Shown: in pieces, positions 38,950-49,054 of the stretch | Layout: every line of letters begins with the position of its first letter | How positions within the stretch are numbered: the first letter of the stretch is position 1 | Origin: an uncultured Rhizobium sp. | GTDB taxonomy: Bacteria; Pseudomonadota; Alphaproteobacteria; Micropepsales; Micropepsaceae | Reading direction: 5' to 3' | DNA: 64,000 nucleotides | Assembly: GCA_964343955.1 (NCBI GenBank) | Contig: CAYFKU010000006.1 | Span: 6,016-70,015 of the forward strand | Notes under the pieces: model-generated | What the model was told of the DNA's origin: nothing | Database searches by the model: none | What the model saw: the letters and a program-made list of their open reading frames with translations, nothing else | Made by a program: the position numbers and the translations under genes

Positions 38950-41232
38950 TCACTTGCCGTCGGGCAGACCGAAAACATAGAGCGCATAGCCATGGGGCGG
39001 CCGGTGCACTTCGCTGAGCATGGTGCCGGGCTTGGCCTGCGGACTGCCGCCGCCCAGTCCCGTGGTGACGGCGACATACTGTTTGCCATCCACGCTGAAC
39101 GTCACCGGATAGCCCTGGACCGTGGTGGCCAGGCGGGTCTTCCACAGCGTCTTGCCGTTGCTGGTATCGACGGCCCGGAAGACACGATCGAAGTCGCCGA
39201 CAAAGGCGACATTGCCCGCCGTCGAGATCACGCCGGTCAGGAAGGGCGCACGCTGCTGGAAGGACCAGAGCGGCTTGAGGTCGGCGGCGCGATAGGCGGA
39301 CAGCCGCCCCATATTGCCGTCGGTGCCCGGCATCTCGAAATAGGTCTGCGAGCCGTTGCCCAGCATGAACACGCAGGACTGGGACAGCGGGATGATCACC
39401 GCGTCGGACGGCTGGTGATAGCTCATGGCCTGCCAGTCATGGCCGCCTTCGGGACCGGGGCAGGAGGCAAGCCACTGATCGACCTTCTGGTCGCGAATGT
39501 CCTTGCGATAGGTAACCTTGCCCGTCTTCTCGTCGAAATTCTCGTAGACGTTGTTATAGACGGTCTGCTTGGCGGCGATGAACTTGCCGGTGGCGCGGTC
39601 CAGCTTCCACAGGATGCCGGGCTTGCCGATGGTCAGCAGCGATTTCTGGTTGCCGTGATCCACCAGCACCCGCTCGAACACTTCGTCCAGGTCCAGCGAT
39701 TCACCCGGCGCATGCTGGTAGTACCATTTCAGCTTGCCGGTCTCGGGATCCAGCGCCAGCGTGGAGTTGGCATAGTCGGTGGCGCCGTCGCCCGAACCGC
39801 GCAAGTCGCGCCGCCACGGCTTGGCCTGGGCGGTGCCCCAATAGGTGAGGTTCAGTTCGGGGTCGTAGGTGCCGGCAATCCAGGTCTCGGCGCCCTTGCG
39901 CATATTGTCAGGCAGCTTGCCCCAGGTGTCGCCGCCAGGCTGTCCGGTCAATGCGGTGGTCACGAATTTCCAGTCGCGCTTGCCGGTGGCCGCGTCATAC
40001 GCGCTGATATAGCAGTGATTGTCGTCGCCATTGCGCCCGCAATTGGTCATGCCGACCAGCACGCGGCCCTTGATGATGATGATGCCGCCGGTGGAGCCGC
40101 CGAACATGCCGCCGCCCGGCGCCGGCTTTTCGTCGGTGATATGGGTTTTCCAGATCTGTTCGCCGGTCCGCGCATCCAGGGCATAGAGATAGCCATAGGG
40201 CGTGTTGACATAGACATTGTTGCCCCACAGGCCCAGGCTGCGTGTCTCTTCGGTGGAAGGGCCGGGACCGGGGCGGCGCGGCGCCGGCCCCAGGCGATTT
40301 TCCCACAGCAGTTCGCCCGTCACCGCATTCAACGCCTGGACGGTGTTGCCAGCGCTCCAGACGAACATCACGCCATTGTGGGTGATGGGCGTGCCTTCCA
40401 GGGTGCCGTTCGATTCCAGAGACCACATCCATTTGAGCTGCAGCGAGCCGACATTGGCGGTGGTGATCTGGTTCAGCGGGCTGTAGCTCCAGCCCTTGTA
40501 ATTGCGCCGGAACATCAACCAGTCATTGTCGGACGGGTTGAGCATCATCTGCTCGGTGACGGGCTGGTAATTCTGGATGTTGCCCTTGAGGGTCAGGCCG
40601 AATTTGGTGGGGAGGCCGAAGGCGCCCGGATCGCGCACGCGTTCGCCCGCCATGGCGCGCGCGAAGTTGCTCTGCGCATTTGCCTGCGCGAGAGCGTTGC
40701 CCTGGCCCGCTGCGGGCGCCGCTTCCTGGCGGCCGCTGGCCTGCGCCACGGCGCCGCCGTCCGCCGACGGGGTGGCCGCTGTGCGCGCGGGTGCTGATGC
40801 CTTGCCGGTTGCAACGGTGTCGATCTGCACGGCGGTGGTGCCGGTAAAGGCCTTCTTGCCGGCACGGGCGCCGTTGCGCTCAAGGATGTAGGCGACGATG
40901 TCGGTATATTGCTGGGGCGAAAGGCTTCCGCCGGCGCCCAGCGGCATGCTGGTGGAAATCTTGCTGTAGAGCTGGGCCGTGCTGCGCTTGCCCCAGGCGC
41001 CGATAAAGGGCACGCCCGACAGGGCGGGCGCGTCATTGGTGCCGGTCAGGTCCGCCAGATGACAGGGTGCGCAATTGGCTTCGAACTGCTGATGGCCGCG
41101 CGCGGCCTGGGCGGCGGTGAAGGGGCCCGGCTTGACCGGGCGGTTTGCCTGGCCGATGGCGGCGGTTCCGACTGCGGCGGCCAGGACAATGCTCGCGCCG
41201 GCCAGCAAAAGAGTCTTGTTGCGCATTTTCAT
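38950..41232 (-). CDS. Exported PQQ-dependent dehydrogenase with an N-terminal cytochrome c domain
   Basis: Signal peptide, CAPCH heme motif, Ala-rich linker, then WLMFRRNYKGWSYSPLNQI, ALDARTGEQIWK, ALDPETGKLKWYYQ, GKQYVAV Trp-docking repeats. Confidence 0.88.
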   Translation of the reverse strand: MKMRNKTLLLAGASIVLAAAVGTAAIGQANRPVKPGPFTAAQAARGHQQFEANCAPCHLADLTGTNDAPALSGVPFIGAWGKRSTAQLYSKISTSMPLGAGGSLSPQQYTDIVAYILERNGARAGKKAFTGTTAVQIDTVATGKASAPARTAATPSADGGAVAQASGRQEAAPAAGQGNALAQANAQSNFARAMAGERVRDPGAFGLPTKFGLTLKGNIQNYQPVTEQMMLNPSDNDWLMFRRNYKGWSYSPLNQITTANVGSLQLKWMWSLESNGTLEGTPITHNGVMFVWSAGNTVQALNAVTGELLWENRLGPAPRRPGPGPSTEETRSLGLWGNNVYVNTPYGYLYALDARTGEQIWKTHITDEKPAPGGGMFGGSTGGIIIIKGRVLVGMTNCGRNGDDNHCYISAYDAATGKRDWKFVTTALTGQPGGDTWGKLPDNMRKGAETWIAGTYDPELNLTYWGTAQAKPWRRDLRGSGDGATDYANSTLALDPETGKLKWYYQHAPGESLDLDEVFERVLVDHGNQKSLLTIGKPGILWKLDRATGKFIAAKQTVYNNVYENFDEKTGKVTYRKDIRDQKVDQWLASCPGPEGGHDWQAMSYHQPSDAVIIPLSQSCVFMLGNGSQTYFEMPGTDGNMGRLSAYRAADLKPLWSFQQRAPFLTGVISTAGNVAFVGDFDRVFRAVDTSNGKTLWKTRLATTVQGYPVTFSVDGKQYVAVTTGLGGGSPQAKPGTMLSEVHRPPHGYALYVFGLPDGK

Positions 41233-41273
41233 CCTCGATGAATTCTGGAAGCAGGTTCCGACGGTCCGCGCGT

Positions 41274-41786
41274 TCAGCTTTGGGGAATGTCGGCCTGGGG
41301 AATGAACCAGTGATCCTGCTGGGGCTCGTCCTGGCCCGCAGTCTCATGCTGGGGGAATATCCAGCCCCACAAGGTGCCCTTGGGCCCCCACGGATATTCC
41401 GCGGGCGCCTTTTCCGAATTGAGCTGGATATAGAGCTTGCCTGTGCGCAGCGCGGCGGCCTGGGCGGGGCTCAGGGCATGGCTGCCCGAAAGCGTTCCGC
41501 TGGTGGATTTGGTCACGTCCAGGTCGAGGATCTTGGTACCCGGCACGCCCGGCGCCGGGCTGGTGAAGACATGCGCCTCGGTGGCGTTGGACGGAAGGCC
41601 CTGAAACGTGCCTTTCACGCTCATGGTCTTGCCGTCCGTGGTGATGGTGGCTTCCCCCCGGCCGGCGATCACCTGCTTGGTTTCGTCATCCAGCGGCATG
41701 GGGCCGAGATTGACCTGATAGTCCGCCGCGAAAACCTGCGTTGCGATCGCCGTGAAGGCCAGCGCCAGGCAAAGGGTGCGAGACAC
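41274..41786 (-). CDS. Exported CHRD domain protein
   Basis: Signal peptide; GRGEATI, GLPSNATEAHV, AAALRTGKLYIQLNSEK match the CHRD pattern. Confidence 0.75.
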   Translation of the reverse strand: MSRTLCLALAFTAIATQVFAADYQVNLGPMPLDDETKQVIAGRGEATITTDGKTMSVKGTFQGLPSNATEAHVFTSPAPGVPGTKILDLDVTKSTSGTLSGSHALSPAQAAALRTGKLYIQLNSEKAPAEYPWGPKGTLWGWIFPQHETAGQDEPQQDHWFIPQADIPQS

Positions 41787-41806
41787 GTCAAAGCTCCTTT
41801 CAGAGA

Positions 41807-42769
41807 TCAGTTGCCGCCGCCGCTCGCCTGCTCCGGCTGATACCAGTGCAGATTGTCGGGACGGGGGATATAGGCCAGGCGGGTGGACGGGCCTTCGCTG
41901 AAGGGCATCGCGCGGTGCCAGCGGCCCGTCGGCGCGGCGACCAGATCGCCGTCCGACACGGTGACCAGCTTTTCGCCTTCGACCAGGAATTGCTGGGTGC
42001 CCTCGATGATCAGCCAGATTTCCGGAAAGTTGGCGTGGAAATGGCCCCAGACATTGTCCGGCGGCGTGGGCACGCCCTTCTGCGAGCGCAGGATGGTGAC
42101 ATAGTTGTTGTCGTCGCGCAGCCAGACGCCGCGTTTTTCGCCGCCCTGCACGATCTGCTTTTCGAAATCGATATAGGGGACATTCACCTTGCCGTCATAG
42201 GTGCCATGGCCGCTATAGACGGCCTGGATATACTGCACGCCCTTCACCGGCGTCGGCGTCTCGCTGAGGGGATAGTCGGGCGATTCACCGGCCGGCCGCA
42301 TCTCGAACCGCAGCGCCGGCTCGTTGCCGACAACTTCCATGCTGTATTGAAGGCGCTTGGGCACCTGAATCAGGAAATGCTTGCTGGCGATGAAAGGCTC
42401 CTGGCCTTCGATGGTCACTTTCATCTGGCCGGACTGTACCACCCAGAAGACGCGGTCATCGGCATAGAATTGGGTCTTGGTCTTTTCGCCCGGCGCCATG
42501 GAAATCCATGCCCCGTCATAATCGCGGCTGTGAAAGACCGGCTGCATCCAGCTTTGCTTGCCCTTGTGCCTGGCCAGCACGTCGGCAAGGCGCCAGACCA
42601 GCTTGTTGGGCGCCACATAGGGCGGCAATTTGGCGGGCTTGGCCGCCCATGCCAGCACGTTCTTGGAACCGGCTGCCGGGGCGGTCGCCTGGGCCTGGGT
42701 CTGCGCGAAGGCGTCAGAGGCAACGATCAGCGACAGTCCGGCCATGACGGCCCAGTGATGAATTTTCAT
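41807..42769 (-). CDS. Exported cupin (bicupin-like) protein
   Basis: Signal peptide; two beta-barrel repeats: FYADDRVFWVVQSG...VPKRLQYS and HFHANFPEIWLIIEG...APTGRWH. Confidence 0.7.
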   Translation of the reverse strand: MKIHHWAVMAGLSLIVASDAFAQTQAQATAPAAGSKNVLAWAAKPAKLPPYVAPNKLVWRLADVLARHKGKQSWMQPVFHSRDYDGAWISMAPGEKTKTQFYADDRVFWVVQSGQMKVTIEGQEPFIASKHFLIQVPKRLQYSMEVVGNEPALRFEMRPAGESPDYPLSETPTPVKGVQYIQAVYSGHGTYDGKVNVPYIDFEKQIVQGGEKRGVWLRDDNNYVTILRSQKGVPTPPDNVWGHFHANFPEIWLIIEGTQQFLVEGEKLVTVSDGDLVAAPTGRWHRAMPFSEGPSTRLAYIPRPDNLHWYQPEQASGGGN

Positions 42770-42868
42770 GGATCCTCCCAGCAGCCTTCGAAAAAAGGCT
42801 TTCCTTTATGAATTGACACTAGCAGGGGGGTGTTCGGGGGGCCAGCGTCGCGGGTGCCGCATGGCGCT

Positions 42869-43864
42869 CTAGTCGCCTTGCGGCGGGTGGATCCGGGCCA
42901 GAATTTCGTAGGACCGGCGCCGGGCAGCCGCGTCGAAGATCTGCGCGGTGACCATGAGTTCATCGGGCCGGTGGGCGGCGATGAACTGCTCCAGGCCGTT
43001 AGCGATATCAACGGGTCCGCCCACGATGGCGCAGCGCAACACGCGCTCCAGCATGTCGGCGATGCGGGGGTCCAGGGTGTCGGCATATCCCGGCCGGGGC
43101 GGCGGCAAGGGGGCCGGCTGGCCGGTGCGCAGATTCACGAAGGCCTGTTCCAGCGAGCTGAGGAGAAGCTGCGCCTCCTCGCGCGTTTCGGCCGCAAACA
43201 CATTCAGCCCCAGCATCACATAAGGCCGGGCGAGCCATGCGGACGGCCGGAAATCGCGACGATAGAGCTGGCAGGCAAAATCCAGATCGTCCGGCGCGAA
43301 ATGCGAGGCAAAGGCATAGGGCAGGCCGAGCGCCGCCGCGAGCTGGGCGCCGTAGTGGCTCGAGCCCAGAATCCAGACCGGCACCTGGCTGCCTTCGCCT
43401 GGAATGGCACGCACGGCCTGCCCCGGCACGGCCGGCGCCAGATAGGCCAGCAGCTCCTGCACATCGCGCGGGAAATTGTCGACATGACTCTGCAAGTCTC
43501 GTCGAAGCGCCATCGCCGTGCGCGGGTCGGTGCCAGGCGCGCGGCCGATGCCAAGATCGATGCGGCCGGGATAGAGCGCCGCCAGGGTGCCGAACTGTTC
43601 GGCGATCACCAAAGGGGCATGGTTGGGCAGCATGATGCCGCCCGCGCCCACGCGGATACGGCTTGTCGCGCCCGCGACATGCCCGATGGCGACTGCCGTG
43701 GCGGCGCTGGCGATGCCCGGCATGTTGTGATGTTCGGCCAGCCAGTAGCGGCGATAGCCCAGGGCCTCGCAATGACGCGCCAGGGCCGCGCTTTCCGCCA
43801 GGGCCGCGCGCGCATCGCCGCCCTGCTTGATGGGCGACAGATCCAGAACCGAGAGTGGAATCAT
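42869..43864 (-). CDS. LLM class flavin-dependent oxidoreductase (luciferase-like)
   Basis: [42 protein letters not shown]; start ATG 43864. Confidence 0.92.
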   Translation of the reverse strand: MIPLSVLDLSPIKQGGDARAALAESAALARHCEALGYRRYWLAEHHNMPGIASAATAVAIGHVAGATSRIRVGAGGIMLPNHAPLVIAEQFGTLAALYPGRIDLGIGRAPGTDPRTAMALRRDLQSHVDNFPRDVQELLAYLAPAVPGQAVRAIPGEGSQVPVWILGSSHYGAQLAAALGLPYAFASHFAPDDLDFACQLYRRDFRPSAWLARPYVMLGLNVFAAETREEAQLLLSSLEQAFVNLRTGQPAPLPPPRPGYADTLDPRIADMLERVLRCAIVGGPVDIANGLEQFIAAHRPDELMVTAQIFDAAARRRSYEILARIHPPQGD

Positions 43865-43976
43865 GAACTTACCGAGCCAGGTACGGCGCGCCCCATTTCC
43901 GGCATGATTGTGTAGCAAAAAGCCGTCCAGGGGCCATAACCTCCGCGCGACGCGGATATCGGTCGAAGGTTTTTCC

Positions 43977-44567
43977 ATGCATCGCAGACATCTGCTGGCT
44001 GGCGCCGGAGCGCTGACGCTTTCATTTTCGCTCCCCGCCCGGGCGGCCGCAAACGCGGCGGAGGATTTTGTTTCCGCCAGCATCCTGAAAGGCTTCGACA
44101 TCCTCAACGATGCCGGCGCGGAACCAAACGAACGCCGGCAGCGCTTTGCGACCTTTCTGCTCGGTCTCACCGATGTGCGGCGAGTTGCCCTGTTTCTGAT
44201 CGGATCCTATGCGGAAAAGGCCGCGCCAGCCGATCTCGACGATTATGCCGCTGCCTATCGCGCCTATCTGATGTCGGTCTATCAGTCCTATTTCGCGCTT
44301 TATGCCGGCCAGAGCCTGCGCCTGGTCTCGTCGCGCGAACGCGCGCCCGGCGACTTTGTCGTCAGCACGGAAATGACCGGCGGCAAGACGATGCCCGTGG
44401 ATTTTCGCATCAGAATCGATGGCGCATCGGCGCTGCTGCTCGATGTCGCGGTCGGCGGCATATGGCTGGCGCTGGCGCAAAGAGCGCAGTTCATGTCGGT
44501 CCTGTCGCAGAATAACGGCGATGTGAAAGCCTTGAGCGCGCATCTGCGCCGGATCGCGCAACCCTGA
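43977..44567 (+). CDS. MlaC/Ttg2D-like phospholipid-binding protein
   Basis: RRHLL Tat-like leader; [15 protein letters not shown]...QRAQF. Confidence 0.75.
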   Translation: MHRRHLLAGAGALTLSFSLPARAAANAAEDFVSASILKGFDILNDAGAEPNERRQRFATFLLGLTDVRRVALFLIGSYAEKAAPADLDDYAAAYRAYLMSVYQSYFALYAGQSLRLVSSRERAPGDFVVSTEMTGGKTMPVDFRIRIDGASALLLDVAVGGIWLALAQRAQFMSVLSQNNGDVKALSAHLRRIAQP

Positions 44568-44694
44568 CCGCGCAGCGCCGGCGGCCTTGCGGCCGCTTGC
44601 TATGCCCATTTTATGGCCTTGCTGCTCTTCTCTTGCTTCTGGCGCACCGGTCGAAGCCGGGTAATATCCTCGCCAGCAAGAGCCGGGGACGGAT

Positions 44695-46794
44695 ATGGCC
44701 AGATCGCACATTTTCATCGTGGCTTTGCCCGGCCTTTTCTGGGCCGGTGCCGCCATGGCCGGTCCCTTCGACAGCGCCAGCACCTTGCCCTATCAGGCAC
44801 CGCGCTTCGATCAGATCAGGGACCGTGACTATCAGCCGGCCTTCGAGGCGGGCATGAAGCAGCAACTGGCGGAAATCGACGTCATCGCCGCCAATCCGTC
44901 CGCGCCCAGTTTCGCCAACACCATCGCCGCCATGGAACGGTCGGGGCGGATGCTGGAGCGTGTCAACAACACCTTCTTCGCGGTGGTCCAGGCCAATACC
45001 AATCCCGCGCTGGACAAGGTCCAGACTTTGGAGGCGCCCAAACTGGCGGCGCATACCGACGCCATTTTTCTGAACGCCAGATTGTTCGCCCGGGTAAAGG
45101 CGCTTTATGACGGGCGCGCCACATTGAAGCTGGAGCCTGAAGCGCTTCAGGTCCTGACCCTTTATTACCGGCAATTCGTTCATGCCGGAGCGCTGCTGTC
45201 CGACAAGGACAAGATCCGGCTGAGACAGATCAACAGGGAAGCCGCCGGCCTGGAAGCGCAGTTCCAGCAGAAGCTGGTGGCGGCGGCCAAGGCCGCGGCC
45301 CTGGTGGTGGATCGCAAGGCTGACCTGGCGGGGCTGACAGACGCCGAAGTGGCGGCTGCCACGGAAGCGGCGAAGGCGCGCAAACTGCCCGGCAAGTTTG
45401 TCCTGCCCTTGCAGAATACCACCCAGCAGCCACTCCTGACCTCGCTCGAAAACCGCGGCGTGCGTGAGAAGCTGTTCAACCAGAGTTGGACGCAGGCGGA
45501 AAAAGGCGATGCGCATGACACGCGCGCGGTGATCGCGCGCCTGGCGCTGCTGCGCGCCGAAAAGGCCAGGCTGCTCGGCTATCCGAATTATTCCGCCTAT
45601 GTGCTGTACGACCAGATGGCGCAGACGCCGGCGGCGGTGGAAAAATTCATCGGCCAGCTCGTGGCCCCCACGCGCGCCAAGGCGGCGGAAGAGGGCAAGG
45701 CGATCCAGGAGGCGATCCGCAAGGACGGACAGAATTTCGAGATCAAGCCCTGGGACTGGCAGCGTTATGCCGAAAAGGTGCGCAAGAGCCGCTACGACCT
45801 GGATGAAGCGCAGCTCAAGCCCTATTTCGAGCTCAACAAGGTGCTGAAAGACGGTGTCTTCTATGCGGCCACCCGCCTCTATGGCATCACCTTCAAGCAG
45901 CGGCGGGACATTCCGGTCTATCATCCGGATGTGATGGTGTTCGAAGTCTTCGAGCAGGACGGTAAACCGCTGGGCCTGATGTATTTCGACTATTTCAAGC
46001 GCGACAACAAATCCGGCGGCGCCTGGATGAGCAATTTCGTCGGTCAGTCCAGGCTGCTCGGCGCCAAGCCTGTGATCTACAATGTGGCGAATTTCACCAA
46101 GCCGGCGCCGGGGCAGCCGGCGCTGATCAGCTTCGATGACGTCAACACCATGTTTCACGAATTCGGTCATGCGCTGCATGGTCTGTTCGCCAACCAGACC
46201 TATCCGCTGGTCTCCGGTACGAACGTGGCGCGCGACTATGTCGAGTTCCCTTCGCAGATCAACGAGAACTGGGCGCTTTATCCCGACGTGCTCAAGCATT
46301 ATGCCGTCAACTACAAGACCGGCGCGCCCATTCCCCAGGCGCTGGTGGACAAGATAAAGGCGGCGGACAAATGGGGGCAGGGATATGCCCTTGGCGAGCT
46401 TCTCGCCGCCTCAATGCTGGACCTGAAGTGGCACACGCTGCCCGCAGGCGCGCCGCGCCAGGATGTCGATGTCTTCGAAGCCAGGGCGCTCAGGGATACG
46501 GGGACGGATTTTGTCAATGTGCCGCCGCGCTATCGTTCCAGCTACTTCCTGCATATCTGGGCCAATGGCTATGCCTCCGGCTATTACGCCTATCAATGGA
46601 CGGTGATGCTGGCCGATGCGTCCTATGCCTGGTTCAGCCAGCATGGCGGGTTGACCAGGGCCAATGGCCAGCGCTTCCGCGATCTCATCCTTTCCAGGGG
46701 CCACACGATGGATTACGGCCCCATGTTCCGAGCCTTTTACGGCAAGGACCCAGACATCGGCCCCATGATGGCGCACCGGGGCCTGCTGCATTGA
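44695..46794 (+). CDS. dcp: Peptidyl-dipeptidase Dcp (M3 family), exported
   Basis: Signal peptide; KSGGAWM, FHEFGHALH, RDYVEFPSQ, GYASGYYAY. Confidence 0.92.
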   Translation: MARSHIFIVALPGLFWAGAAMAGPFDSASTLPYQAPRFDQIRDRDYQPAFEAGMKQQLAEIDVIAANPSAPSFANTIAAMERSGRMLERVNNTFFAVVQANTNPALDKVQTLEAPKLAAHTDAIFLNARLFARVKALYDGRATLKLEPEALQVLTLYYRQFVHAGALLSDKDKIRLRQINREAAGLEAQFQQKLVAAAKAAALVVDRKADLAGLTDAEVAAATEAAKARKLPGKFVLPLQNTTQQPLLTSLENRGVREKLFNQSWTQAEKGDAHDTRAVIARLALLRAEKARLLGYPNYSAYVLYDQMAQTPAAVEKFIGQLVAPTRAKAAEEGKAIQEAIRKDGQNFEIKPWDWQRYAEKVRKSRYDLDEAQLKPYFELNKVLKDGVFYAATRLYGITFKQRRDIPVYHPDVMVFEVFEQDGKPLGLMYFDYFKRDNKSGGAWMSNFVGQSRLLGAKPVIYNVANFTKPAPGQPALISFDDVNTMFHEFGHALHGLFANQTYPLVSGTNVARDYVEFPSQINENWALYPDVLKHYAVNYKTGAPIPQALVDKIKAADKWGQGYALGELLAASMLDLKWHTLPAGAPRQDVDVFEARALRDTGTDFVNVPPRYRSSYFLHIWANGYASGYYAYQWTVMLADASYAWFSQHGGLTRANGQRFRDLILSRGHTMDYGPMFRAFYGKDPDIGPMMAHRGLLH

Positions 46795-47024
46795 CCGGCG
46801 GGCGGCTGGTAATCGACACGGGGACCGGCATGCCCGAAGATGCGCGCCGGCGGGTGCTGGACGCCTTTCCATGCCGCCGCGCCACGGGGCAAGGGAGCGG
46901 GATTGCAGCCTTCATGAGCTTCGGCTTTGTCCGCCGATCGGGCGGAGAACTTCCGATGAAGAGCGGCGTGGGGCCTGGCGCCTGCAAGGTCGTCCTGATG
47001 CTTCAGGACCGGGAGGGGCCATGA
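46791..47024 (+). pseudogene. Degenerate C-terminal HATPase_c fragment of a histidine kinase
   Basis: LVIDTGTGMPEDARRRVLDAF...GQGSGIAAFMSFGFVRRSGGEL...SGVGPG retains G1, an eroded F box and G2; no H box, N box or sensor. Confidence 0.7.
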
Positions 47025-47383
47025 ACGGCAAGCCCATTCTGGTTCTGGCCGAGGACGAAGCCATGCTGCGAATCCTGGCGGTCGAAATGCTCCAGGACGC
47101 CGGCTTTCAGGTTCTGGAAGCGATGGACGGCGTCCAGGGGCTGGAGCTTCTGAAGGCCCATCCCAACGTCTCGCTGCTGGTGTCGGACATCAAGATGCCG
47201 CGCATGGATGGTTATGCGCTGGCCCAGGCCGGGCTCGAACTCAAGCCCGCGCTCAAGGTCCTTCTGATGACCGGTTACGCCCAGGAGCCGCCACTGGCGC
47301 TGCGGGGCCATGTCAGTCTGCTGCAGAAGCCGTTCAATCTCGAACAGCTCTGCGCGCTCGCGGTGGAACTCACCAACGCCTGA
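47021..47383 (+). CDS. Single-domain response regulator (receiver)
   Basis: AEDE acidic pocket, SDIKMPRMDG phospho-Asp, MTGYA, KPF. Confidence 0.93.
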   Translation: MNGKPILVLAEDEAMLRILAVEMLQDAGFQVLEAMDGVQGLELLKAHPNVSLLVSDIKMPRMDGYALAQAGLELKPALKVLLMTGYAQEPPLALRGHVSLLQKPFNLEQLCALAVELTNA

Positions 47384-47481
47384 CCGTCCCATCTGCCGTG
47401 CAAGCGGTGCCCGCCTGGTGCCCGGTGCCGCCGGCGATCCCTGTTCGACAAGGCCCGATCGGCTCTGTATGAAGCGGCCTT

Positions 47482-48390
47482 ATGAGCAAGGCAGCTTTTA
47501 TCGCGGGCGACTGGGGCACCAGCAACTTGCGGCTTTACCTGTGTGACGCGGCCGGCCAGGTGCTCGCCCGCGGCGAGGGGGAGGGCGCGGCCGTGCCCGA
47601 TTGCGCCGGCCGGTTTGCCCAGGCGGTTTCGGACTGGGATCGCAGCCACGGGCTTTTGCCGGCCATTTTCTGCGGCATGGTCGGCTCCACCATCGGCTGG
47701 AAGGAAGTGCCTTATCTGAAATGCCCCGCCGATCCGTCTGCCATTGCGGCGGCTGCCCTGCGCTTCGAAGTCGATGGCCGCGCCATCGCCATTCTGCCTG
47801 GCCTGTCCTGCACCGGCAAAACCGGCGCGGTCGATGTCATGCGCGGCGAGGAGACCCAGATTCTGGGCGCCTTGCGGTTGCATCCGGAACTGCGACAGGG
47901 CCGCCATGTCCTCTGCATGCCGGGCACCCATGTCAAATGGGTGGAGCTGAAAGACGGGGCGGTGGTCCGTTTCCAGACGGCGCTGTCGGGCGAATTGTTC
48001 GAGTTGTTGCGCCGTCACAGCGTGCTGGCGCGCGACGGTGGCGAGGTGGCGGACAATGAGGCCTTCCTGCGGGGCGTGGCATTCGCCAGGTCCAATCCCG
48101 ATGCAGACCTGCTTTATCTGGTGTTCAGCACCCGCTCGCGCGTTGTGACCGGCGAGATGCCGAAGGCCGATGCCGCGTCCTATCTGTCGGGCCTGATTGT
48201 GGGCAAGGATGTCGGCACCGCGGCCAGGCTGTTGGATCTGCAAGACACAGTGCGGCTGATCTGTTCGCCGGGACTTGGCGCGCTTTATGCCCGCGCCCTG
48301 GCCGCCTATGATATTCCCAGTGCGCTGATTGACGGCAATCGCGCGTCTCTATCCGGCCTGATCCTGGCCCATGCGGAAATCTTTTCATGA
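47482..48390 (+). CDS. dgoK: 2-dehydro-3-deoxygalactonokinase
   Basis: DWGTSNLR, CGMVGS..GW.EVPY, DVMRGEETQ, PGTHVKWV, GELFELL. Confidence 0.95.
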   Translation: MSKAAFIAGDWGTSNLRLYLCDAAGQVLARGEGEGAAVPDCAGRFAQAVSDWDRSHGLLPAIFCGMVGSTIGWKEVPYLKCPADPSAIAAAALRFEVDGRAIAILPGLSCTGKTGAVDVMRGEETQILGALRLHPELRQGRHVLCMPGTHVKWVELKDGAVVRFQTALSGELFELLRRHSVLARDGGEVADNEAFLRGVAFARSNPDADLLYLVFSTRSRVVTGEMPKADAASYLSGLIVGKDVGTAARLLDLQDTVRLICSPGLGALYARALAAYDIPSALIDGNRASLSGLILAHAEIFS

Positions 48391-49007
48391 CCCATGCCCT
48401 GCTTTCGGAACTGCCGCTGGTCGCCATCCTGCGCGGCGTAACCCCGGCCCGGATCGAGGGTGTGGCGGGGGCGCTGTTCGATGCCGGATTTCGCGCCATC
48501 GAAGTGCCGCTGAATTCGCCCGACCCCCTCAAGAGCATCGAGCGTCTGGCGAAAAAATTTGGGGACCATTGCCTGACCGGCGCCGGAACCGTGCTGACGC
48601 CGCAACAGGTCGATGACGTCGCGGGCGCCGGTGGAAAGCTGCTGGTCACGCCCAACACCAATCCGGCCGTGATTGCGCATGGTGTGGCCAAGGGCCTTAC
48701 GGTGATGCCGGGCTTTTATACGCCCAGCGAGGGTTTCGCGGCGGTGGCGGCCGGCGCGCGCTATCTGAAATTGTTCCCCGCCTCGACCGGCGGCATAAGC
48801 CATCTCAAGGCCATGCTGGCGGTGCTTCCGAAGAATATACCCGTCTATGCCGTGGGCGGCGCGGGCGCCTCCAACATGAAGGAATGGCGCGCCGCGGGTG
48901 CCGCCGGTTTCGGTTTGGGTTCGGATCTCTTCAAGCCCGATTTCACGGACGCGGAGATCGCCGCGCGGGCAAAACAGTGCGTCGAGGCGTTTAAGGCCGC
49001 GGACTGA
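48387..49007 (+). CDS. dgoA: 2-dehydro-3-deoxy-6-phosphogalactonate aldolase
   Basis: LVAILRG, IEVPLNSP, GAGTVL, TPSE, LKLFPA, AVGG. Confidence 0.93.
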   Translation: MTHALLSELPLVAILRGVTPARIEGVAGALFDAGFRAIEVPLNSPDPLKSIERLAKKFGDHCLTGAGTVLTPQQVDDVAGAGGKLLVTPNTNPAVIAHGVAKGLTVMPGFYTPSEGFAAVAAGARYLKLFPASTGGISHLKAMLAVLPKNIPVYAVGGAGASNMKEWRAAGAAGFGLGSDLFKPDFTDAEIAARAKQCVEAFKAAD

Positions 49008-49017
49008 CTGTCACAAA

Positions 49018-49045
49018 TGTCATGCCCGCTTTCGCGGGCATGACA
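49018..49045. repeat. REP-like perfect palindrome between convergent genes (probable bidirectional terminator or REP)
   Basis: TGTCATGCCCGC-TTTC-GCGGGCATGACA, 12-bp stem. Confidence 0.7.
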
Positions 49046-49054
49046 ATCCGGAAT

